From the NCBI GenBank assembly GCA_964426735.1, contig CAYRRP010000002.1, positions 6,582-70,581 of the forward strand: a stretch of 64,000 nt of DNA. The letters are read 5' to 3'. Each line of letters opens with the position of its first letter. Within the stretch, counting starts at the first letter, position 1. A program made the position numbers and the translations under genes. The DNA comes from an uncultured Candidatus Saccharibacteria bacterium. GTDB taxonomy: Bacteria; Patescibacteriota; Minisyncoccia; Phycocordibacterales; DATDWN01. The notes under the pieces were generated by a model. The model ran no database searches. It saw only the letters and a program-made list of their open reading frames with translations, and was not told the DNA's origin. This document shows positions 28,530 through 39,399 of this stretch, one piece after another.

Positions 28530-31500
28530 ATGTACGCACCACACACCATGTCTAAGAAAATTTTTGCTTTTATTGCGCTTTTTAGTGTTTTGTTTTTGAA
28601 TACACAAACACTGATTGCTTTTGCAGATACACCTGCTGATCAGGATACGTACACACACTATGGATCAGTAGTGAAAGATAGTTATGTTGATGAAGATGTA
28701 ACATCAAATCATGACACAGCGAATTATGGTCACCTCTCAAGTATTGATGTAAAATCAGAGACTTCAAAAAATCGTCGAGTGTTGGTGCAATACGATCTTT
28801 CTTTTCTCGCTCCTTCACAAGAAATCGAATCTGCAGAAATGTTTGTGTATATGAGTAATGAGGCGAGTTCAAATTCAAATCGAACATATGGTGTGTCTCA
28901 AATCCTCGCTTCATGGGTTGAAGGGAATGGTGGTACTGATAATAATCCGGTAAATGAAGTGCGATGGGCTAATAAACCAACAGCATCTACAACTCCTACT
29001 TCAACAACTAGTATTACTCCAGGTGTTAAGTGGGTAAGTTTTGATGTGACTGCTGATGTAAAAAATCTTGCGAAAGGTGTTGGTGTAAATGCGGGGTGGA
29101 TGATACAGGATGTGAATGAAAATTCAGGTACTGATTATTTGGCAGAATTTCGTTCAAAAGAATATTCAGGTACTTCTTGTGCACCATCTCCAAGTCCATG
29201 GGGTTGTAAGCCGTATATCAAAGTCGTATATAAACAATACAATGGAGGTATTTTTGGTACAGTATGGAATGATGTAAATCATGATGGTATTAAAGATGAA
29301 GGTGAGCTTCCAAAACAAGGTGAAGTGATTGCTCTTACGGGTCCAATTGCAACAACTACCGTAACTAATACAGATGGTATTTATTATATTCCAACAGGCC
29401 TTCCATCTGGTACATATACAGTATGTCGAGATAGTTCTAATACAACTGTACAAACAGCGCCTGTTTCTGGTGTGGATTGTGCAAATGGAGCATATGGTAC
29501 TTCAGTTTCTGTGGTTGGAGTCGATGGTCTTTCTATAGGTCCTGATTTCGGTGTATTCCAAGGCGGATCAGTAAAAGTGGTGTTGAATACAAATCCAACT
29601 CTTACAGAAGATTCATTTGCATTTAGTCTTATTAAAGATGAAACTACTGTTTCAAGTCATACATTTTTTCCAGGTAATACGGAGTATGTGTTTAATGGGA
29701 TAATTCCCGGAGATTACTCACTTTCTCAAAGTATGTCATCATGGTGGGCACTTGGAGATAGTGTGTGTATGCAAGGTGAAAATTCATACGCATCATCTTC
29801 ATTTCCAATTAGTGCTGGTATTGAAACTGTGTGTACATTCTCAAATGTTAAAAAATCATCTCTTTCGGTAACAAATTATACAGAACCAGTGCAGGGTACC
29901 TATTCATTTACACTTTCTCAACCGTCAGAGTCGGGAGATACTCTTGTGTATGATCCAGTGATTATTGGACATGCTGAATCACACGTATTTACAGGTATTA
30001 CACCAGGTACATACAATCTACTTGAAATTATTGACGGCGGTCCATCGGGTGAAACAGCGGTGTGCTTTATTGGAGATACTATGGTTGATCCAAGAGTTGA
30101 ATCAATCACTATTCCTGCAGGGGTAAGTGTTCAGTGTACGTACAATCACGGAGATTTTGCAGTGATTCAAGGAAGTGTATTTAATGATATGAGTGCAAAC
30201 GCTACACTTGATGAATCTGATAATGCACTCTCTGGATGGATTGTAAAATTATTTAAGATAACAGAGGAGATGGTTACTACCGGTGAAGGTGAGTCTATGG
30301 TTACAAATCCTGTTACTGTGGTTACTGAGGTTGGTTCAAAGATTACAACAGGTGCAGGATATATCTTCGGTCAGCTCAATCCTGGTATATACAAAGTATG
30401 TGAAGAAGTGCAATCAGGTTGGACACAGTCTATGCCAACAACAGGTGAAGATTGTTCAGGTTCATACGGACATTTTATTACGCTTAATTTCGGTGATGTT
30501 GTTACAAAACATTTTGGCAATTTCTCTAAAGGTGAAGTGGCTGGTATTGTGTTTGCTGATACAAACAACAATGGAGTAAAAGATGAAACAGAAGTTGGTC
30601 TTTCTAATACTCCAGTGCATCTCGGCGGTACTACACTATATACAAGTGGAAATGGTGAATATCATTTCACAAACGTAACACCTGGAGAATATACACTTAC
30701 TGTAAGTGCTCCCGCATACTCTTCGTATTCACTACCTGTGTCAGGAAACTACTTAGTGGGTGTGTTGTCAGGAGGGAACTATGTTCATAAAGACTTCGGT
30801 ATCTTTACTGACACAGACACTCCATCTCTTCCTGTACACCAAACCCCTGCTTCTGGTGCTGTCGTTCGTGCTCTTGGACTTATCCTTGATTGGTCAGATT
30901 CAATTGATCCATCTCTTTCAGGTGTGTCATATCACTATCAATCATCAGTTTCATCTGCGACAACAACAGGTAACGCACTTTCAACTCCAATATATGGAAC
31001 AACACTTTCTGCTTCACAGATCGATGCATCAGGTACAAGTGAAGGTATGTATTTCTGGCAGGTGAAAGCATGTGATACTGCGTACAACTGTACTTCATGG
31101 ACAAACCCATGGTCTGTAACTGTTGATACAACTGCTCCAGTTTCTACATTTACATCTCCAAATCCTGATTCAAATATTGAAGACGAACATATTGTAATTG
31201 CAGGATCGACAACTGATGCACATATGGTTGCAAGTACAACTCTTGCGTACGCTCCATATATCCAAGCTACAGAAGAAACAGCAGCATCATGTGGTGCATA
31301 CAACACGATCGTATCTTTGGTAAATGGAGTGGCTTCAACAACATTTAACTGGAGTTATAACTGGACACCTGAAACTGATGGTGTGTATTGTCTCACGGCG
31401 CATGGTCAGGATGAAGCGGGAAATACAGAAGCGAGTCCATTTATTACCAATGTTACCTTTAAGAAAAAAGTTGTAACAACAACAGGTGGTGGTGCTTCAG

Positions 31501-31937
31501 GTGGTTCGACTGAAGGTGGTTCGACCAATACTTCTGGGTCAGCATCAAATGGCCCTATCGTAGGATCATTTGGTGGTGGAACAGGAGGTGGTGCACCAGT
31601 AACACTCGCAGTTGGTGGAAGTCCTGATGGTGCAGTAATACCAACACAAACATCTGGTACAGAACAATCATCATATCAATCTATCGAAGATACATCTCGC
31701 GGATTTTCCGGAAACATATACACAGGAGGATCTACAAATGATGCAGGACTTACCGATGCTCCTCGTGCTTCAACTACACGTATTCAAGAAAATAATGAGG
31801 GAGATAGTGAATCTAACAACAATGTTGCAGCGGTTTCATTTGCAGGAGAGTGGAATAATTGGTATTGGTTGTGGTTACTCCTTCTCATTTGTATCATTCT
31901 TGGTGTATACTACTCTACACGACGCGAAAATAAATAA
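28530..31937 (+). CDS. Large cell-surface protein (DNRLRE-like domain, SdrD-B/prealbumin-like repeats, Ig-like domains, C-terminal TM anchor)
   Basis: Signal peptide; KDSYVD..NYG...FDVT; three G.V(W/F).D.N..G..D..E repeats; DTTAP; Gly/Ser linker; TM followed by RR. Confidence 0.8.
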   Translation: MYAPHTMSKKIFAFIALFSVLFLNTQTLIAFADTPADQDTYTHYGSVVKDSYVDEDVTSNHDTANYGHLSSIDVKSETSKNRRVLVQYDLSFLAPSQEIESAEMFVYMSNEASSNSNRTYGVSQILASWVEGNGGTDNNPVNEVRWANKPTASTTPTSTTSITPGVKWVSFDVTADVKNLAKGVGVNAGWMIQDVNENSGTDYLAEFRSKEYSGTSCAPSPSPWGCKPYIKVVYKQYNGGIFGTVWNDVNHDGIKDEGELPKQGEVIALTGPIATTTVTNTDGIYYIPTGLPSGTYTVCRDSSNTTVQTAPVSGVDCANGAYGTSVSVVGVDGLSIGPDFGVFQGGSVKVVLNTNPTLTEDSFAFSLIKDETTVSSHTFFPGNTEYVFNGIIPGDYSLSQSMSSWWALGDSVCMQGENSYASSSFPISAGIETVCTFSNVKKSSLSVTNYTEPVQGTYSFTLSQPSESGDTLVYDPVIIGHAESHVFTGITPGTYNLLEIIDGGPSGETAVCFIGDTMVDPRVESITIPAGVSVQCTYNHGDFAVIQGSVFNDMSANATLDESDNALSGWIVKLFKITEEMVTTGEGESMVTNPVTVVTEVGSKITTGAGYIFGQLNPGIYKVCEEVQSGWTQSMPTTGEDCSGSYGHFITLNFGDVVTKHFGNFSKGEVAGIVFADTNNNGVKDETEVGLSNTPVHLGGTTLYTSGNGEYHFTNVTPGEYTLTVSAPAYSSYSLPVSGNYLVGVLSGGNYVHKDFGIFTDTDTPSLPVHQTPASGAVVRALGLILDWSDSIDPSLSGVSYHYQSSVSSATTTGNALSTPIYGTTLSASQIDASGTSEGMYFWQVKACDTAYNCTSWTNPWSVTVDTTAPVSTFTSPNPDSNIEDEHIVIAGSTTDAHMVASTTLAYAPYIQATEETAASCGAYNTIVSLVNGVASTTFNWSYNWTPETDGVYCLTAHGQDEAGNTEASPFITNVTFKKKVVTTTGGGASGGSTEGGSTNTSGSASNGPIVGSFGGGTGGGAPVTLAVGGSPDGAVIPTQTSGTEQSSYQSIEDTSRGFSGNIYTGGSTNDAGLTDAPRASTTRIQENNEGDSESNNNVAAVSFAGEWNNWYWLWLLLLICIILGVYYSTRRENK

Positions 31938-32050
31938 AATCAATCCATCTACTTTGTCGCAGTGCAGATTTTATAGCTCACCGTACAGCCAAGTACGGCT
32001 CGCTCCAAAATCCTTCTGCTTCGCGTATCTGAACCGATTTTACTTATTTA
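31931..32050. repeat. Long imperfect hairpin with CGTAC-N-GTACG apex (copy 1)
   Basis: Nested inverted segments around ccgtac-agccaa-gtacgg (31981-31998). Confidence 0.6.
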
Positions 32051-32085
32051 CGTGGCTGTTTAGTAGCTAAGTTACATAACACGTA

Positions 32086-32784
32086 ATGAAAAATATTATC
32101 TTAAGTTTAATTGTTATTGCATTGGTTGGATTTGCAGGGTACAAAGTATTTGGTACACCAAAAGAAAGTGTACCTGCTACAGAGAATGCAACAACGACAC
32201 CTGTTGTTACAGAAACAATAGAAAAGGATGTGTACGTCGTTGATACTGCAACCAGTACGATTACATGGAAAGGAGCATTTGTATCAGGAGCAAAATCTCA
32301 TATAGGTACTATTATGCTCAAGTCAGGAAAAGGAAAGTTTGAAAATGCAACAATCACTACAGGTGAATTTGTGATTGATATGGCATCGATTAAAGAAAGT
32401 GAAGGAAATGCTCAACTTGAGACTCATTTGAAATCAGATGATTTCTTTAATGTAGAAAAATTCCCTGAAGCAAAGTTTGAATTACTTTCTTTTACACCAG
32501 CAAAAACAGCAGGTGACTTTACTGCAAAAGGAAAACTCACTATTCGCGATGTAACAAAAGATTTTTCTTTCCCTGTTACAGTTACGGTAGAAGGTCAAAA
32601 TATGCTTCGAGTGAATGGAAAGATTACATTTAATCGCGCTGATTATAATGTAAAATATGGTTCAAGCTCATTCTTTAAAGGATTGGGTGATAAAGTGATT
32701 TCAGATAAAGTTGAACTTACATTGAATCTTCTTACAAAACCAATCGAAATATCAGAACAAGTGCCTCCCAGTAGTGTCCAATAA
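32086..32784 (+). CDS. YceI family protein
   Basis: HLKSDDFFNVEKFPEAKF and GKLTIRDVTK motifs. Confidence 0.92.
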   Translation: MKNIILSLIVIALVGFAGYKVFGTPKESVPATENATTTPVVTETIEKDVYVVDTATSTITWKGAFVSGAKSHIGTIMLKSGKGKFENATITTGEFVIDMASIKESEGNAQLETHLKSDDFFNVEKFPEAKFELLSFTPAKTAGDFTAKGKLTIRDVTKDFSFPVTVTVEGQNMLRVNGKITFNRADYNVKYGSSSFFKGLGDKVISDKVELTLNLLTKPIEISEQVPPSSVQ

Positions 32785-33268
32785 TACAAACACAAAAAAC
32801 ATCAAAATGGTCACACTTGAAACAAATTACGGAAATATTACATTCGAGTTGTATCGTGCAGATGCACCAAAAACTGTGGAGAATTTCACAACACTTGCAG
32901 GTAAAGGTTTCTACGATGGACTTACGTTTCATCGTGTGATCAAAGGATTTATGATCCAAGGTGGAGATCCAAATGGAAATGGTACCGGAGGTCCAGGATA
33001 CAAGTTTGACGATGAACTCAACCCAAACACTGCATCGTATAAAGCAGGGTATAAGAAAGGGGTTGTAGCGATGGCAAATGCAGGTCCAAACACCAACGGT
33101 AGTCAGTTCTTCATTATGCATGCAGACTACCCACTTCCAAATGCGTATACTATCTTTGGTAAAGTAGTGGAAGGTCAGGATGTGGTAGATAAGATTGCAA
33201 ATGTGAAAACGGGGGCTAATGATAAGCCAGTTTCTCCAGTTGTGATTAAATCAGTAACGTTGAAGTAA
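32774..33268 (+). CDS. Cyclophilin-type peptidyl-prolyl isomerase
   Basis: FYDGLTFHRVIKGFMIQGGDP and MANAGPNTNGSQFFI. Confidence 0.96.
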   Translation: MSNNTNTKNIKMVTLETNYGNITFELYRADAPKTVENFTTLAGKGFYDGLTFHRVIKGFMIQGGDPNGNGTGGPGYKFDDELNPNTASYKAGYKKGVVAMANAGPNTNGSQFFIMHADYPLPNAYTIFGKVVEGQDVVDKIANVKTGANDKPVSPVVIKSVTLK

Positions 33269-33427
33269 ATAGCAAAAAACTCACACTCCGTGTGAGTTTT
33301 TTGTACGGTTGACTTGTGGGACGATGTGGCGTATCATTATAGGTAATGTAAGTTCTCGTAGTTTTCGTGAGAAAAGGAGAGAGGCTAGTCGCCTTACAGT
33401 TTACAATAAAGACTAGTTAAAAAGAAA

Positions 33428-33742
33428 ATGGCACAGAAGTTGTACGTAGGAGGTATTGCATATGCTACAAGCGATGCAGCATTAAAAGACGCATTTGCTC
33501 AGGCAGGTAATGTAGTATCAGCTACAATTATCATGGACAAAATGACAGGCCGATCAAAAGGTTTCGGTTTCGTAGAAATGGCATCTGATGCGGAAGCACA
33601 GGCAGCGATTGATATGTGGAACGGAAAAGAACTTGACGGACGAAAACTTACTGTAAATGAAGCTCGACCAATGGAACCACGAGCTCCACGAACAGGAGGA
33701 TCATTTGACCGAGGTAATGACCGAGGAGGTCGTTCATGGTAA
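33428..33742 (+). CDS. RRM RNA-binding protein
   Basis: RNP2 KLYVGGI and RNP1 KGFGFVEM. Confidence 0.95.
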   Translation: MAQKLYVGGIAYATSDAALKDAFAQAGNVVSATIIMDKMTGRSKGFGFVEMASDAEAQAAIDMWNGKELDGRKLTVNEARPMEPRAPRTGGSFDRGNDRGGRSW

Positions 33743-33743
33743 A

Positions 33744-33868
33744 TTAAAACTTCAAATCTGACGAACTCCTTTGTTGAGTTTCGGTAAAATAATTGTCATC
33801 GTACATTAGTACGTCTCCAATTATTTTCCTTACTCGCCTCGGATTTCATTCAGATTGTGAAATTTTAA
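33744..33868. repeat. Long imperfect hairpin with CGTAC-N-GTACG apex (copy 2)
   Basis: ttaaaacttca/tgaaattttaa, aatctga/tcagatt, aaaataattg/caattatttt around cgtac-atta-gtacg. Confidence 0.65.
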
Positions 33869-33882
33869 GAATACTTAAAAAC

Positions 33883-33909
33883 AAAAAGCACCCGAAAGGG
33901 TGCTTTTTG
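33883..33909 (+). terminator. Intrinsic terminator
   Basis: aaaaagcaccc-gaaa-gggtgcttttt. Confidence 0.8.
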
Positions 33910-34008
33910 TTGCATTTTTTTATCCACCGAAAAAGCTTCACAAATTTAAAAAAAGGAGTACTATACAAACTTTGCGGGTTTCATTCTTAATCATTAATTT
34001 ACGTTTTC

Positions 34009-35652
34009 ATGCAATCATTTATTTCGCGTATTCTTGTCAAAATAAAACATAATTGGCAGTCAGGTTTAACCGTATCTTTGGTCTCTATTCCACTTTCAGT
34101 GTCCCTTGCGGTGGCATCAAACAGTACGCCAACAGCGGGTATTATTACTGCGGTGTGGGCAGGACTTATGGCATCATTGTTTGGAGGAAGTAATTACAAT
34201 ATTGTAGGTCCAACAGGCGCACTCTCAGGAATTCTTGCAGCGTACGCACTTACTCATGGGGCAGATGCGCTTTCGATGCTTGCTATCGTCTCTGCGGTGT
34301 TTATTTTTGTGTCGTATGTTTTCAAACTTGAGCGATATCTCGTATTTATTCCTGCATCAACTGTGCATGGCTTCACCTTAGGTGTTGCATTCATTATCGG
34401 ACTCAACCAGATGAACTTTGCACTCGGTCTCTCAGGACTTGAGAAGCACTCTGAGTTTATTTCAAATGTACTCGAATCATTTGCTCATATCGGTCAAACA
34501 TCACTTCCTACATTTGGCATTTTTGTACTCTTTTTGGTTGGACTGTTTACTCTTTTGAAGCTTACACCAAAACTTCCTGGGGCGATTACACTTACACCGA
34601 TTGGAATTTTTCTCGGCTATTTATCGACTGTAGGAAAACTTCCCTTTGAATTAAAAACTTTGGGAATGCAGTATGCAGACATTGCTCCGAAGATAGTACA
34701 ACCATTTCATTTTTTCCTGGACTCATCATTGCTCCTTCCTGCACTTACGGTAGCGGTTGTGGCGATTCTTGAAACAATGATTTCTGCAAAAATTGCAGAC
34801 GGTATGACTGGTACAAAGTATCAACCTCGAAAGGAAATGTTTGGTCTTGGTATTGCCAATGCAGTCTCAGGACTTTTCGGAGGTATTCCTGCGACCGCAG
34901 CGCTTGCGCGTACGTCACTTAATGTGAAGACAAAAGCAAATGATAAGATGTCGGCAACTATTTCAAGTATTTGTATTGCACTCATTTCATTTGTATTTTT
35001 GACATACTTTAAATACATTCCACTTGCAGTGATTGCAGCGATTCTCGTCTTTGTTGCGGTGCGTATGGTGGAGATAGTGCATTTTTACCGTATGTTTAGT
35101 TTTGATAAAAAAAGTTTCAGCATTTCAATCTTGGTCGCCATCGTTACTATTTATGAAGATCCGATTGTGGGTATCCTTTTCGGTACCGCAGTTGCACTTC
35201 TTCTGTTTGTGGAGAAGTTATCAAAAGGGCAGTTTGAGCTCATGATCAACAATGCAGAACAGAAGGTGACTGATCATGTGGTTGGGGAAGATATCGATGA
35301 CGAAAATATCTGTAAAGACTGTCATACTCTCGTGTACTCAATCAAAGGTCAGCTTGCGTATGTCAATGCTCAAGCACACATCTCTCGATTTGAAACAAAG
35401 CTGAATGCAGATTTTGAAAATGTTGTCCTTCGTATGCGAGAACTTTTCTTTATCGATCTCGATGGTGTGGATGCATTTGAAGAGATTGTGACATTGATCG
35501 AGTCTCAGGGTAAGCAAGTGCTTTTGACAGGGGTCAATCCATTGATCGAAAAGTCACTCGAAGAAAGTAAGGCATTCCAGCGTATACGAGATACAAAACG
35601 AGTATTTCCGCATACTCGTGAGGCGCTTCAAAAACTTGGGTACACTCTCTAA
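34009..35652 (+). CDS. SulP family anion transporter with STAS domain
   Basis: FGGSNYNIVGPTGA, GGIPATAALART; C-terminal STAS (FIDLDG). Confidence 0.93.
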   Translation: MQSFISRILVKIKHNWQSGLTVSLVSIPLSVSLAVASNSTPTAGIITAVWAGLMASLFGGSNYNIVGPTGALSGILAAYALTHGADALSMLAIVSAVFIFVSYVFKLERYLVFIPASTVHGFTLGVAFIIGLNQMNFALGLSGLEKHSEFISNVLESFAHIGQTSLPTFGIFVLFLVGLFTLLKLTPKLPGAITLTPIGIFLGYLSTVGKLPFELKTLGMQYADIAPKIVQPFHFFLDSSLLLPALTVAVVAILETMISAKIADGMTGTKYQPRKEMFGLGIANAVSGLFGGIPATAALARTSLNVKTKANDKMSATISSICIALISFVFLTYFKYIPLAVIAAILVFVAVRMVEIVHFYRMFSFDKKSFSISILVAIVTIYEDPIVGILFGTAVALLLFVEKLSKGQFELMINNAEQKVTDHVVGEDIDDENICKDCHTLVYSIKGQLAYVNAQAHISRFETKLNADFENVVLRMRELFFIDLDGVDAFEEIVTLIESQGKQVLLTGVNPLIEKSLEESKAFQRIRDTKRVFPHTREALQKLGYTL

Positions 35653-35698
35653 TTATCAAAACTACTCCATGATGGAGTAGTTTTGATATACTAAGAGG

Positions 35699-36148
35699 AT
35701 GAAAAAAATACTTATTGCTCTATGCTGTGTGATCGTATGTATTGGTGTATTGTATGGTATACGTACATCACATACAGTATCGGTGGTTTCGTATAATACG
35801 AAAGAAGTGATGCTGGGTAATACAGTGTATACTCTTGAGATTGCTGATACTGATTTGTTGCGAGAGAAAGGGCTTTCGTATCGACCATCTCTTGATGCTC
35901 GTACAGGAATGCTTTTTGTGTTTACAGTCCCAAGTAGACTGAAATTTTGGATGAAAGATATGAACTTTCCTTTAGATATTATCTGGCTTGATGCTGATAA
36001 AAAAATAGTACATATTGAGCATTCACTTTCACCGGCGACCTACCCACAGTCCTTTGGTCCAGAAACTCCAACTCAATACGTAATCGAAATCCCTGCGGGG
36101 GATACGATAAAACGAGGACTTGTGATTGGAGATATGATGTCATTTTAA
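35699..36148 (+). CDS. DUF192 family protein
   Basis: GMLFVF, FWMKDMNFPLDIIW, YVIEIPAG. Confidence 0.92.
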   Translation: MKKILIALCCVIVCIGVLYGIRTSHTVSVVSYNTKEVMLGNTVYTLEIADTDLLREKGLSYRPSLDARTGMLFVFTVPSRLKFWMKDMNFPLDIIWLDADKKIVHIEHSLSPATYPQSFGPETPTQYVIEIPAGDTIKRGLVIGDMMSF

Positions 36149-36384
36149 ACAAGTGGTCACCAAGTGGGTTAAAAGTCCTTATCTAAGGGCTTTTTTTGGC
36201 GAAAAATTTTACATTGCACAGCTTTTGTATCGCGGTGGGAAATGAAGTGAGTTTTCCACTCTTTTTTCAAGATTTTTTGGAAGGTTTTAAGGTAAAATAA
36301 TTGTCCAACCATATTTTTCACTAAAAAAAGTAAAAAATAAGGTAAAAACATATTAATTATTAAGTTAGTTTAGTAATACTTTCT

Positions 36385-39171
36385 ATGAGCATCAATGTAA
36401 AACGTCATGACGGTACTGTAGTGCCCTTTAATGCTGATAAGATCAATCGATCGATTGAACGAGCATGTAAAGGGCTTTTTGATCCAGTTGCAAAAGTTAC
36501 TCAGATTGCAACCGAAACGCGACTTACGCTCTATGATGGTATTACGACAGAAGAGATGGATCAGGCGACCATCAACGCTGCGGTGCAGAATATTATTTCT
36601 GATATTGAATATGATGTGGTCGCAACACGGCTTCTTTTGAAAACTGTGTATCGTCGAGTGGTGGGTGAATACGACAAAGATGATATTGCTGATCTCGAAC
36701 AAAAACACAAAGAAGCGTTTGTCCGGTTTATCAATGAAGGTGTTGCTGATAGACGACTTCATCCCGCGATGAAGAGTCGATTCAACCTTGATACGATAAC
36801 CGCTGCACTTCGTATAGAACGAGATGAGTTGTTCCAATACGCAGGACTTGATAGTTTATTATCTCGATATGCAATGAAGCATATTGATCAGACACCTCGA
36901 GAAACTCCACAGTTTTTCTTTATGCGTATTGCGATGGGTCTTGCATACAATGAACAATCTCCAACAGAGATGGCTATTAAGTTTTACAATAAAATGTCAA
37001 AACTTCAGTATGTTGCAGGAGGTTCAACGAACCTTGCTGCAGGAACTATAAACCCAGCACTTTCAAACTGCTACCTTCTTGAAATCCATGATGATATGGC
37101 TCATATCGCAAAATCAGTGTCAGATGTTATGTTGCTTTCAAAAGGTTCAGGAGGTATTGGTGCGTCAGTGACCAAACTTCGAGCATCAGGTTCACCGCTT
37201 AAGTCAAATAATGGTATTTCAACAGGGCCGACACCATTTGCAAAAATTATTGATACAGCGATTCGTGCAATTCAGCGAGGTGGAAAAAAGAAAGGAGCAT
37301 TGTGTTTCTACATGGAAAACTGGCATATTGATTTTCCAGAATTTCTCGATTGGAAGCATAATGCAGGAGATGATTACATGAGAATGCGTACTGCAAACAC
37401 TGCGGTATTTATGACTGATGAGTTTATGAAGCGAGTGCAAAATGGTGAAGAATGGTATATGTTTGACCCTGCAGAAACAGCAGACCTCAATGAACTCTAC
37501 GGAAAAGCATTTTCAAAACGATATGCAGAGTATATTGAGATGGCAAATGCAGGAAAATTAAGAACTTTTAAAAAAGTACCCGCAAAAGAACAGTATCGAC
37601 AGATTCTTGTTGCATTGCAAACCACTTCACATCCGTGGCTTACATGGAAAGATACTATCAACCTTCGCGCACTCAACAACAATACAGGAACGATTCATAT
37701 GAGTAATCTCTGTACAGAGATTTGTTTGCCGCAAGACAAAGATAATGTTGCGGTATGTAACCTTGCCTCATTAAACCTCGCTGCGCATATCAAAAATAAA
37801 GAAATTAATTGGTCGCTTCTCGAAGAGTCGGTGCGTCTTGCAGTGCGTCAGCTCGATAACCTGATTGATATTAACGTGCTCCCAATTCCTGAAGCAGAAA
37901 AATCAGATAAAGAAAATCGGGCGATTGGTCTCGGAGTGATGGGATTTTCAGATACGATTGAACAACTTGGTATGTCATATGATGCCGAGCATGCATGGGA
38001 TTTTGCTGATCGAATTTTTGAGTTTATTTCATATATGGCAATTGATGAATCAGCAAACTTGGCACAAGAACGAGGAAGTTATACTCATTTTGCAGGTTCA
38101 GAATGGTCAAAAGGCAAAGTGCCATTTGATACGATTGCAAAAGTGGAAGCGGAGCGAGGTCGTCCACTTACGGTAGATAAAGAAAGTAAGCACAAGGGTT
38201 TAAATTGGGATGTGCTCCGAGTAAAGGTGCAAAAAGGTATTCGAAATGCAACTCTTATGGCTGTGGCACCGAACGCAAATATCGGTCTGGTGGCTGCAAC
38301 TACGCCAGGTATTGATGCACGTTTTGCACAAATCTTTTCTCGAAATAAAATCTCAGGAAAATATATCGATATCAATCATAACCTTGTGAAAGATTTGAAG
38401 AATATGGGAATCTGGGAAAAAGTGAAAGGGGAGATTGTTGAACGACAAGGTGATATTGCAGATATTGCAGGGATTCCTCAACACATCAAAGATATCTACA
38501 AAACTTCATTTACCACTTCACCATATGCATATATTGAGGTAGCTGCTCGAGCTCAGAAATGGGTAGATCAAGGGCTTTCTCGAAACATGTATCTTGAAAC
38601 ACGTGATATTGATGAGACAATGAAGATATATCAGACTGCATGGGAGAAAGGTGTGAAGACTACATACTACCTCCATATGAAGCCTCGTCATACCGCTGAA
38701 CAATCAACTGTCGCAGTTAATAAGGCACAACAGATTGGTAAGACTGGTTTTGCAGCACTTGGTTTGAAAAAAGAAAGTGGCGCATTTGCGATGCCACTCC
38801 AGAAGTCACTTGATTCAGTAGAAGTACAGCCAAGTGTACCAGTTTCTGTTCCTACACCAGCACCGACTATAGCAAAAGAAAGTGAAGCTTTGGTAACAGC
38901 AGAAAAAATATTACAAAATGCACACGTACAAGCTCCGTATGTGTCTCCAGAAACGATAGTTCGAAGTAGCGGTTTTGCTTCGGTTGCCCCCGCACCAGTC
39001 TTGCAGACAACAACAGAAAAGAGTAATGTAGGTGCACCAGAGGTTATGAGTATGCCTCTTATGGAGAAAGTGCTTGTTGCAAAAGCAACTCCTGCGGTCA
39101 CAGTCAGTGATGCGGTGAAGGTGTGTCCTATAGACCCCGCCGAGCGAGCACAATGCGATAGTTGCCAGTAG
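36385..39171 (+). CDS. nrdA: Ribonucleoside-diphosphate reductase alpha subunit with ATP cone
   Basis: VKRHDG ATP cone, SNLCTEI, TTYYLH, terminal CDSCQ. Confidence 0.96.
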   Translation: MSINVKRHDGTVVPFNADKINRSIERACKGLFDPVAKVTQIATETRLTLYDGITTEEMDQATINAAVQNIISDIEYDVVATRLLLKTVYRRVVGEYDKDDIADLEQKHKEAFVRFINEGVADRRLHPAMKSRFNLDTITAALRIERDELFQYAGLDSLLSRYAMKHIDQTPRETPQFFFMRIAMGLAYNEQSPTEMAIKFYNKMSKLQYVAGGSTNLAAGTINPALSNCYLLEIHDDMAHIAKSVSDVMLLSKGSGGIGASVTKLRASGSPLKSNNGISTGPTPFAKIIDTAIRAIQRGGKKKGALCFYMENWHIDFPEFLDWKHNAGDDYMRMRTANTAVFMTDEFMKRVQNGEEWYMFDPAETADLNELYGKAFSKRYAEYIEMANAGKLRTFKKVPAKEQYRQILVALQTTSHPWLTWKDTINLRALNNNTGTIHMSNLCTEICLPQDKDNVAVCNLASLNLAAHIKNKEINWSLLEESVRLAVRQLDNLIDINVLPIPEAEKSDKENRAIGLGVMGFSDTIEQLGMSYDAEHAWDFADRIFEFISYMAIDESANLAQERGSYTHFAGSEWSKGKVPFDTIAKVEAERGRPLTVDKESKHKGLNWDVLRVKVQKGIRNATLMAVAPNANIGLVAATTPGIDARFAQIFSRNKISGKYIDINHNLVKDLKNMGIWEKVKGEIVERQGDIADIAGIPQHIKDIYKTSFTTSPYAYIEVAARAQKWVDQGLSRNMYLETRDIDETMKIYQTAWEKGVKTTYYLHMKPRHTAEQSTVAVNKAQQIGKTGFAALGLKKESGAFAMPLQKSLDSVEVQPSVPVSVPTPAPTIAKESEALVTAEKILQNAHVQAPYVSPETIVRSSGFASVAPAPVLQTTTEKSNVGAPEVMSMPLMEKVLVAKATPAVTVSDAVKVCPIDPAERAQCDSCQ

Positions 39172-39180
39172 AAGAGACTA

Positions 39181-39353
39181 CAACATTCATTTTTTCACTT
39201 AGTCCTCGCCTTTTGAGAGATACGGCATAATTTTTTGACCTTCCGCAAACTCGCTTCGCTTCGGTCCTGAGTACAAGACTTGGTGCTCACGGTCTAAAAA
39301 AATTATTGATATCTCTTGCAAAAGTCTGCGAAATCGTTCAAAAATGAATATTG
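39181..39353. repeat. Long nested hairpin between nrdA and nrdB (REP/MITE-like)
   Basis: caacattcattttt/aaaaatgaatattg, agagata/tatctct, ataattttt/aaaaattat, gacc/ggtc. Confidence 0.65.
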
Positions 39354-39399
39354 CATTCTCTGTGGTAAATTATTTATTTATTAATTAATCATAAAACAT

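Noticed and set aside
36150-36384. Replication origin or NrdR boxes upstream of nrdA
   Set aside because: No clustered DnaA boxes or convincing NrdR palindrome found by eye.
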